This document shows, in pieces, positions 1 through 5,897 of a stretch of 10,770 nucleotides of DNA. Numbering within the stretch: position 1 is the stretch's first letter; each line of letters opens with the position of its first letter. A program made the translations under genes and the position numbers. The notes beneath the pieces were generated by a model. The model did not search any database. It was given only the letters and a program-made list of their open reading frames with translations, and was not told the DNA's origin. Origin of the DNA: Candidatus Krumholzibacteriota bacterium (GTDB lineage: Bacteria; Krumholzibacteriota; Krumholzibacteriia; LZORAL124-64-63); assembly GCA_039714075.1 (NCBI GenBank), contig JBDLKA010000116.1, positions 1 through 10,770 on the forward strand, in the 5' to 3' direction.

Positions 1-102
1 AGCCTTCCCTGGAGCCAGGTTGGGGTCCGCGGGATGCATGGCCAGAGCGGCTCCCTGAAGGAGGAATAGGGTCAAAATGGCGATTTTAGTGTTTCCCTGC
101 AT
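1..102 (-). CDS. N-terminal part of a secreted hypothetical protein (runs off the window's left edge)
   Basis: Manual translation of the minus strand from ATG at 102 gives MQGNTKIAILTLFLLQGAALA-MHPADPNLAPGKA..., open to the window edge. An AAGGAG RBS lies just upstream, and the N-terminus is a Sec-type signal peptide ending in ALA. Not in the ORF track. Confidence 0.75.
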   Translation of the reverse strand, partial: MQGNTKIAILTLFLLQGAALAMHPADPNLAPGKA

Positions 103-128
103 CACCGGGGCTCCTTGGTCCGGTTGGA

Positions 129-179
129 TGATCGGCAAATACATTTCCGTATATATCGGCACAAAAAATCAATTCCTGA
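129..179 (-). promoter_or_regulatory. Two overlapping candidate sigma-28 (FliA-like) promoters for the leftward gene
   Basis: Minus strand has TCAG-N15-GCCGATAT (179..153) and TATA-N15-GCCGATCA (155..129). The consensus is TAAA-N15-GCCGATAA. Confidence 0.3.
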
Positions 180-198
180 AGCTAGGACCGAATATTTG

Positions 199-400
199 GG
201 TTGTGCCTCTGAAATTGTGTCTGGGCCAGCCAGGCCGGGTAGGGGTGCGGAAAAGCTTCCTGGAGGCCTTGTTATTTTGATAATTAGAGCAGTTTTCGGG
301 GCAACGGTGTCCCGTTTTGGGTTAATACCTCAAATTCCCAGAACCCACCAAGTGAAATATCCGGCCCAAAAGGGCCAGACACAATTTCAGAGGCACAACC
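199..400. mobile_element. 202-bp non-coding element with terminal inverted repeats (MITE-like or invertible segment)
   Basis: 199-224 (GGTTGTGCCTCTGAAATTGTGTCTGG) is the exact reverse complement of 375-400. The match continues in register to 241/358 (36 of 43 identical). Flanks AATATTTG (191-198) and AATTTTTT (401-408) match 6/8 and may be a decayed 8-bp target duplication. Confidence 0.6.
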
Positions 401-458
401 AATTTTTTTATTTTAAGGTGGCTGTTTTGGGAACAAATCATATACTGCCTCGGTAGGA

Positions 459-464
459 TATAAT
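459..464 (+). promoter_or_regulatory. Candidate sigma-70 -10 box for the Cys-rich protein gene
   Basis: Perfect TATAAT about 95 bp upstream of the ATG at 559; there is no convincing -35 box. Confidence 0.35.
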
Positions 465-558
465 TCGTTATCCACCGACATTGGTAGGCAAGTAGGGGGA
501 CTTATCCCCTGAATGTTCACCCGGCCAGATCCGCCGGGGTCTAGAAAGGACGATTGAA

Positions 559-1107
559 ATGAAGCGATTCACTTATGCAATGGTGATGGCCGTGGCCCTG
601 GTCGTGATGGTTTCCTCCTTCGCCGTCGCCGGCGGGCCGGCGTGCAAGTCCGCCCATGCCGACGCCAAGGGTAGCTGTGCCGACAAGGCCGCCCATGCCG
701 ACGCCAAGGGTAGCTGTGCCGACAAGGCCGCCCATGCCGACGCCAAGGGTGGCTGTGCCGACAAGGCCGCCCATGCCGACTACAAGGGAAACTGTGCCGA
801 CAAGGCCGCCTGTGAAGCCGCCGTCGCGGACATGAGCAAATGTTGCGCCACCGCCGCCAAGGCCGGCGAGGGTTGCTGCGGCAAGGACGCCGATGCGGTG
901 AAGGCCAGCTTCGAGCAGAAGGTCGCCTACCACAAGGCCGCCGCCGAGGTGAAGGCCGACATGCACAAGTGTTGCGCAACCGCCCTGGATGCCGGCAAGG
1001 GTTGCTGCGGTCAGGAAGCCGACGCGATGAAGGCCGACTACGACAAGAAGGTCGAAGCCGAGGCCAAGAAGGTCGCCGCCACGGACAAGGAGTCCGACGA
1101 CAGCTAG
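559..1107 (+). CDS. Secreted Cys/His/Ala/Lys-rich tandem-repeat protein (putative metal-binding protein or RiPP-like precursor)
   Basis: GAAAGGA RBS; signal peptide MKRFTYAMVMAVALVVMVSSFAVA; high GC at third codon positions; 14 Cys and 6 His; four 13-aa repeats followed by two 43-aa-period repeats that each carry two CC pairs. Confidence 0.9.
   Translation: MKRFTYAMVMAVALVVMVSSFAVAGGPACKSAHADAKGSCADKAAHADAKGSCADKAAHADAKGGCADKAAHADYKGNCADKAACEAAVADMSKCCATAAKAGEGCCGKDADAVKASFEQKVAYHKAAAEVKADMHKCCATALDAGKGCCGQEADAMKADYDKKVEAEAKKVAATDKESDDS
651..810 (+). repeat. 39-bp coding tandem repeat, 4 copies (AHADAKGSCADKA)
   Basis: Unit CGCCCATGCCGACGCCAAGGGTAGCTGTGCCGACAAGGC starts at 651, 690, 729 and 768. 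Copies 1 and 2 are identical; copies 3 and 4 have a few substitutions. Confidence 0.95.
829..1053 (+). repeat. Internal duplication with 129-bp (43-aa) period
   Basis: DMSKCCATAAKAGEGCCGKDADAVKASFEQKV (829-924) aligns with DMHKCCATALDAGKGCCGQEADAMKADYDKKV (958-1053). Confidence 0.9.
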
Positions 1108-1182
1108 GCTGTTCCGAATCGGATGCTCCCTGTGGAGGGGAGTGAGCGCGGATGCCACAAGGTGTCCGCGCTTATTTTTGGA

Positions 1183-1210
1183 TGTCACCACCTGGCACGG
1201 GCTGCGTATA
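1183..1210 (+). promoter_or_regulatory. Candidate ECF-dependent (autoregulated) promoter
   Basis: TGTCAC-N16-CGTATA lies 60 bp upstream of the ECF sigma gene. The CGT-containing -10 box and 16-bp spacer are typical of ECF promoters. Confidence 0.5.
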
Positions 1211-1270
1211 CTCCCATGACCAGATACTCGATCAGCTGCTGATATTTGCCCGGGCATTGAGGATAGCTCT

Positions 1271-1894
1271 TTGGATCTTAAACGACGAATGCGCGACGCC
1301 CGCCACGGTCTTTGGCTGCGGCTGGCCAGGCGAGGCAACGAAGACGCCTTCAGGCGCCTGTACGGCGAGTTGTACGATCCGGTGGCCGGTTACATAGCCG
1401 CCAGGACAGGCAATGCCCACGACGCCGAAGACCTGACCAGCGTGGTGTTCCACAAGTTCCTGGAACGTCTCGACCGGTTCGAGACGGGCAAGGGATCGGT
1501 CATGACCTGGATCCTGGCCATGGCCCGCAACGCGGTTATCGACCACCACCGGCGGCTGGATGCCCACGGGGCGGCCCGCAGGCAGGCGGTGCCGGTGGAG
1601 GAATTGGCCGACGTACTGGCCGCCGACCGTAAGGACCCGTTGGGATCATTGATCCGCGACGAGAACCTGCGGCAGATCGGCGGAATCCTTCGCCACGAAC
1701 CGGACGAGGTCCGGGAAATGTTCGCCCTGCGCTTCGGCCAGGGGTTGCGCGTCCGGGAAGTGGCCGCGGTCATGGACCTGGGCGAAGACGCGGTGAAGCA
1801 GCGTTTCGCGCGCACTTTGAAGAAGATCCGGCAGGAGCTGCTGGCGGAAGAACCGGAACCGAAGGGAGGACCGGAATGCATGATCGCAGACTGA
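1271..1894 (+). CDS. ECF-subfamily RNA polymerase sigma-70 factor
   Basis: Region 2 motifs (GNEDAFRRLY, DAEDLTSVVF, TWILAMARNAVIDHHR) and region 4 HTH (LRFGQGLRVREVAAVMDLGEDAVKQRFAR). TTG start with a GAGGA RBS; an alternative ATG is at 1289. Confidence 0.95.
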   Translation: MDLKRRMRDARHGLWLRLARRGNEDAFRRLYGELYDPVAGYIAARTGNAHDAEDLTSVVFHKFLERLDRFETGKGSVMTWILAMARNAVIDHHRRLDAHGAARRQAVPVEELADVLAADRKDPLGSLIRDENLRQIGGILRHEPDEVREMFALRFGQGLRVREVAAVMDLGEDAVKQRFARTLKKIRQELLAEEPEPKGGPECMIAD

Positions 1895-2601
1895 ACGACC
1901 GTTTGAAGCGCATTCATGAACCGGATGTCACCAACAGGCCGCGGCCGCAGCACCGGCGCGAACTGGAAGGGCGCCTCCTTTCCCGTTACCGGACCAACCA
2001 GTCCCGCAAAAGAAGGTGGCTTGTCATGCTCAATCCCTGGAATAGAACCGCCCGTTTCGCCGTTGTCGGCCTGGCCCTGACGATACTCGGCGTCGGCGCC
2101 TGCACCACATCGACCACGACCGAAGTCGACATGGGCAAGAAGATGACCATCGGCTTTACCGCCAAGGCGGACGCCGACATGATTTCCGTCGATACCAGCC
2201 TGGGCAACTTCCTGGATGCCCAGCCCGGGATCGAAAACGTTTCGGTTTCCATCAGTCGGACGATGGACGGCCCGGCGACCATCGAAGTCATGGCCTGGGG
2301 GCAGGATCTCGATGGTGAAGCGCTGGCCGCGGAAATGCGCCGCCAGATTCCCGAACTCCAGGACGCGGACATTGCCTTCGAGACCCTGAGCGGCACCATC
2401 GAGGAGAGCTACGCCTCCAAGCTGAAGCGCGAGATTTTCCAGATGGAAGTCGACGGGGCCACCGAGGAAGAGATCCGGGCCCAGATCCTGGCGCAGCTGG
2501 CCGAACAGGGGGTGGCCGAGGGCGACGCCCAGGTGGAGGTCATCCAGCAGGACGGCCAGACCGAGATCAAGGTCCAGGTGACCAAGGAAGTGGAGGAGTA
2601 G
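1876..2601 (+). CDS. Putative membrane-anchored anti-sigma factor
   Basis: Overlaps the sigma gene by 19 nt and has a GGAGGA RBS. It has a basic cytoplasmic N-terminus (RPRPQHRRELEGRLL), one hydrophobic helix (FAVVGLALTILGVGAC) and an acidic extracytoplasmic domain. The function is inferred from position and topology. Confidence 0.8.
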   Translation: MHDRRLNDRLKRIHEPDVTNRPRPQHRRELEGRLLSRYRTNQSRKRRWLVMLNPWNRTARFAVVGLALTILGVGACTTSTTTEVDMGKKMTIGFTAKADADMISVDTSLGNFLDAQPGIENVSVSISRTMDGPATIEVMAWGQDLDGEALAAEMRRQIPELQDADIAFETLSGTIEESYASKLKREIFQMEVDGATEEEIRAQILAQLAEQGVAEGDAQVEVIQQDGQTEIKVQVTKEVEE

Positions 2602-2627
2602 GGTTCCGCGATTGCCCGAAGGATTTG

Positions 2628-2660
2628 CGCCCCCCGCGCCCTTGAGGTGCGGGGGGCGTT
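2628..2660 (+). terminator. GC-rich stem-loop after the sigma/anti-sigma operon
   Basis: 13-bp stem 2628-2640/2646-2658 with one G-U pair and loop CTTGA; the U-tract is weak (TTCCGTT). Confidence 0.55.
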
Positions 2661-2706
2661 CCGTTAAGATGGGTGATCATGAACCTCTACCCGACGGGAT
2701 GAAACC

Positions 2707-4107
2707 ATGCGCCTTACCTTCCACGGAGCCGCCCGCACGGTCACCGGCAGCCGCCATCTTCTCGAAGCCGGGGGCCAACGCGTTCTGGTGGACTGCGGCC
2801 TGTTCCAGGGGCTCAAGAAACTGCGCCTGTTGAACTGGGAGGACCCCGGTTTCGAACCCGGCTTCCTGGATCACGTGGTGCTGACCCACGCCCATATCGA
2901 TCACACGGGCTACGTGCCGCGCCTGATGCAGTACGGCTTCCAGGGCGGCATCCATTGCACCCCGGCCACCGCGGAACTCCTCGAGCTGATGCTAATGGAT
3001 TCGGCCCACATCCAGGAGGAAGACGCGGCGTGGGCCAACAAGAAGGGTTTTTCCAAGCACCATCCCGCCGAACCGCTCTACACCACGGTGCACGCCATGC
3101 AGGCGCTCAAGCTTCTGCAACCGTCCCGCTTCGGCCGCTGGGTCAAGCTGTCGCCCCGCCTGAAATTCCGGCTGGTCAATTCGGGGCACATCCTGGGTGC
3201 GGCCTTCGTGGAGTTTCGCATCGCCGAGGAGATGAGGAACAGCGTCCATCCCGGCGAAATCACCGTGATCTTCAGCGGCGACGTGGGCCGGTACGATGTT
3301 CCCCTGCACAGCGACCCGGAGCCTATGCCGGACTGCGACGTGTTGATCGTGGAATCGACCTACGGCAAAAGGCGTCACGAAAAGGAAACCGTGCTGGATC
3401 AGATCCGCGCCGACTTCAAGCAGACCATCCACCGGCGCGGGGTGGTGCTGATGCCCAGTTTCGCGGTGGGTCGCACCCAGCTGGTGACCCTGATCCTGCG
3501 CGACCTGATGATCGGCGGCGACCTGGAAGAGGTTCCCATCCACATCGACAGTCCCATGGCGATCGACGCCACGACGATCTACTCGCGCCACCTGTACGAC
3601 TGCAACCTGGACCACGAGATCACCCTGGACGGCCGCAACCGGCTTTTCCCGTTCGAGGTTCATCTGCACCGCACGGTGCACGAATCCAAGCAGTTGAACA
3701 ATATGGAAGGGCCGCGGGTCATCGTGGCCGCCAGCGGAATGATGACCGGCGGGCGCATCCTGCACCACCTGGTGCGGCGACTGCCCGACCATCACAACCT
3801 GTTGCTGCTGACCGGATACCAGAGTGCCGGCACGCGGGGGCGGGCCCTGCAGGACGGCGCGGATTCGCTGCGGATCCACGGCCGGAACATCGATGTGGCC
3901 GCCCAGGTGGCCACCATCCAGGGCCTGAGCAGCCACGCCGACGCCGATGAAATCATGCACTGGATAGACACCGCCGAAAAAAAACCCGCCAAGGTGTTCG
4001 TCGTGCACGGCGAGGAAGAGTCGGCCAAGACCCTGGGCGCCCGCATCGCCAAACAATTCGGCGCCCAGGTAACCATCCCCGACTTGAAGGACAGCTTCGA
4101 GATTTAA
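2707..4107 (+). CDS. MBL-fold metallo-hydrolase with beta-CASP domain (CPSF73/Ysh1-like bacterial RNase)
   Basis: Complete motif set: VDCG, THAHIDH, GHILG, SGDVG, ESTYG, SSHAD, VHGE. Confidence 0.95.
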   Translation: MRLTFHGAARTVTGSRHLLEAGGQRVLVDCGLFQGLKKLRLLNWEDPGFEPGFLDHVVLTHAHIDHTGYVPRLMQYGFQGGIHCTPATAELLELMLMDSAHIQEEDAAWANKKGFSKHHPAEPLYTTVHAMQALKLLQPSRFGRWVKLSPRLKFRLVNSGHILGAAFVEFRIAEEMRNSVHPGEITVIFSGDVGRYDVPLHSDPEPMPDCDVLIVESTYGKRRHEKETVLDQIRADFKQTIHRRGVVLMPSFAVGRTQLVTLILRDLMIGGDLEEVPIHIDSPMAIDATTIYSRHLYDCNLDHEITLDGRNRLFPFEVHLHRTVHESKQLNNMEGPRVIVAASGMMTGGRILHHLVRRLPDHHNLLLLTGYQSAGTRGRALQDGADSLRIHGRNIDVAAQVATIQGLSSHADADEIMHWIDTAEKKPAKVFVVHGEEESAKTLGARIAKQFGAQVTIPDLKDSFEI

Positions 4108-4113
4108 AATGCC

Positions 4114-4286
4114 ATGCCCGCCACGATGTGAACGTGGATTAGAGCCTTGGGCCTTAAGAGGGTCTCCCGGCGAATCATGCTTCCTGCATGAGCAAAACGC
4201 CCCGGTTTACCGGGGCGCTTTGCGCTGAGCTGGGAGACCCTCTTAAGGCCCAAGGCTCTAATCCACGTTCACATCGCGGTAGGCAT
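4114..4286. repeat. 58-bp inverted repeat (45-bp perfect core) with a 57-bp structured spacer
   Basis: 4114-4171 vs 4229-4286 match 54/58, and 4124-4168/4232-4276 is perfect. The right arm overlaps the last ~9 codons and the stop of the octaheme cytochrome gene. Confidence 0.95.
4192..4223. terminator. Likely bidirectional intrinsic terminator between convergent genes
   Basis: GCAAAACGCCCCGG-TTTA-CCGGGGCGCTTTGC: a GC-rich stem with A/T runs on both sides. Confidence 0.65.
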
Positions 4287-5718
4287 CCTCAAGTTCAAAT
4301 CGCGAAACCCCGCGTTTCTTGGAGGGGTCACCCTTGTAGCCGAGCGCCTTCCAGTCCAGACGCCCGTTACCGTTGTGGCACGCCACACACTTGAGGGCCT
4401 GTTCGCTGGGGGCGACCATGTGGTTGATCTTCCACCAGGACTCGGTCTCGGCGAATCCGTATTCACCGCTGTACTCCAGGCCGGCCGCCTCCATGCCGTG
4501 GGTGATGGCTTCGTCCCAGTTGAAATTGTTCTCCCACAGGCCCGTGGCGCCATGAAGCTTGGTGATGATCAGAACCCGGTTCTGTTTGTCATAGGCCTGC
4601 TTGCCCCGCATGACCTTGAAGGGATGGATCTTGGATCTGGGGTCCAGGCGCGTTCCCTGGGGCAGGTTCAGATGGGTGACCCCGTTGGGATTCATGGCCG
4701 ACCCGACCATGTACTGGGTGCTGGTGCCGTTGTACCAGCGGAAGGTGGGCAGCAGGTTCTTTTCCCAGCGGAGAGTGCCCTTGTTGTTGTCGAAGGTGTC
4801 CTTCCCGTACTTGTCCTTCGCTTTGGCGGCGCCGGTGCCGGCGGTGGACCAGTCCCACCAGGTCATGGTGGGGAATTCCCGGGCGATGGTGGGAATGTGG
4901 CAGGTCTGGCAGGCGATCGACTTGCCGTGCCAGTTCAGGATCCGCTTTTCGTGCGGGTCGTCGTCATGACAGCTGGAGCATTCCAGGTGGTTGTGACCGC
5001 CGGGGGAATCGAACATCGAGTTGCCGGAGATGGCGTGGTCCGTCGTGTCGTGGCATTCGATGCAGTCGAAATCCTGGCCGTCCCTGCTCATGTGGACGTC
5101 CAGGTCACGGGAGGGGTCGACCAGCGACTTGTCCATGTCTCCGTGCTTGACGTTGTTGCCCTGCCCGCCGTAGAAGTGGCAGGCCCCGCAGGTCTGGCGG
5201 CTGGCCGGGCCCACGGTGCGGGCGATTCCCGCCAGGTCCAGGGGCTCCCAGATCTTGCCTTCCCACTCCGTGTTCTCGTAGACCGGATGGCCGGCGCCGG
5301 CGGGGAACTTCTTGTACAGGCCGGTCTGATCGTGGCAGACCAGGCAGTCGATGTTTTCGGGATTGGAAAAATCGAAGGTATCGTCGGTCCAACCGTAGCC
5401 GGCGTGGCAACTGGTGCAACGGGCCCAATTCGAACTGAGGCCGACACAGAAGTTGTTCATGGTGTTCTTCTTGCCGAGGGCGATTTCACCCTTGCCGATG
5501 ACGTCCTGCATGGGCATCCAGGTCCAGTGGGAGGTTTTCATGAAGTCATGGGCTTCATCTTCGTGGCACTCCAGGCATACCGCCGTCACTTCGGGACCAT
5601 CGGTGAAAGGCCCTTCGATATCCTGATGATCCTCGACCACTTCCATGGCCGCCGCGGGCAGGGCGGGCAACAGGAAAATTGCCAAAAAGAGCCATGAAAG
5701 TCTTGAATCGGAACGCAT
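4258..5718 (-). CDS. otr: Tetrathionate reductase family octaheme c-type cytochrome (OTR)
   Basis: Eight CxxCH motifs (CLECH, CTSCH, CLVCH, CGACH, CIECH, CSSCH, CQTCH, CVACH). OTR hallmarks include GPEVTxxCLECH, SHWTW, GKKNTMNNFC, CHAGYGW, WDWSTAG and INHMVAP. Start placed at ATG 5718 (GGAGG RBS), followed by a signal peptide ending in AAA. Confidence 0.93.
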   Translation of the reverse strand: MRSDSRLSWLFLAIFLLPALPAAAMEVVEDHQDIEGPFTDGPEVTAVCLECHEDEAHDFMKTSHWTWMPMQDVIGKGEIALGKKNTMNNFCVGLSSNWARCTSCHAGYGWTDDTFDFSNPENIDCLVCHDQTGLYKKFPAGAGHPVYENTEWEGKIWEPLDLAGIARTVGPASRQTCGACHFYGGQGNNVKHGDMDKSLVDPSRDLDVHMSRDGQDFDCIECHDTTDHAISGNSMFDSPGGHNHLECSSCHDDDPHEKRILNWHGKSIACQTCHIPTIAREFPTMTWWDWSTAGTGAAKAKDKYGKDTFDNNKGTLRWEKNLLPTFRWYNGTSTQYMVGSAMNPNGVTHLNLPQGTRLDPRSKIHPFKVMRGKQAYDKQNRVLIITKLHGATGLWENNFNWDEAITHGMEAAGLEYSGEYGFAETESWWKINHMVAPSEQALKCVACHNGNGRLDWKALGYKGDPSKKRGVSRFELEDAYRDVNVD

Positions 5719-5771
5719 GTGCTTTTGCCTCCAAAGAGAGTCCAAGAAGTCCAAAACCCACTGAAAAGATA

Positions 5772-5795
5772 GGAGTTGGGTGATTGCCCAACCCC
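5772..5795 (-). terminator. Stem-loop followed by a U-rich tract upstream of otr (terminator, attenuator or 5' stabiliser)
   Basis: Minus strand reads GGGGTTGGG-CAATCA-CCCAACTCC followed by TATCTTTT. Confidence 0.4.
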
Positions 5796-5814
5796 GAATC
5801 CAGGGTTTAATGAA

Positions 5815-5869
5815 ACTCTAGTAAGGCCGTTCCAGGTTTCAAAGGAAAATAATGACAAATAATTGACAG
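5815..5869 (-). promoter_or_regulatory. Candidate otr promoter with an upstream 11-bp-period TGTCA direct repeat
   Basis: Minus strand has TTGAAA(5842-5837)-N16-TAGAGT(5820-5815), preceded by CTGTCAATTAT-TTGTCATTATT (5869-5848). Confidence 0.4.
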
Positions 5870-5897
5870 CGGCAATCAATTCGGATGTCGGGTGCTT

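Noticed and set aside
284..297. TTAGAGCAGTTTTC resembling an IS/MITE end
   Set aside because: No matching inverted partner was found in the window.
77..456. ORFs 77..280 and 115..456 (+)
   Set aside because: They are AT-rich with atypical codon use, span the inverted-repeat element, and 77..280 overlaps the better-supported leftward gene start.
651..810. 39-bp repeats as a CRISPR array
   Set aside because: The repeats are head-to-tail with no unique spacers, are in frame inside a CDS, and no cas genes are present.
559..1107. Cys/His-rich protein as a c-type cytochrome
   Set aside because: There is no CxxCH motif; Cys and His are spaced as CxxxH or C-x5-H.
1193..1208. TGGCAC as a sigma-54 promoter
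   Set aside because: The GC of the -12 element is not at the obligatory GG-N10-GC spacing.
1923..1933. Second GGATGTCACCA matching the ECF -35 region (and TGTCAC at about 6351-6356 on the minus strand)
   Set aside because: There is no CGT-type -10 element at a 16-17-bp spacing, and the first copy lies inside coding sequence.
5863..5879. TTGAC...ATCAA as an FNR/CRP-family site upstream of otr
   Set aside because: The half-sites are separated by 7 nt instead of 4.
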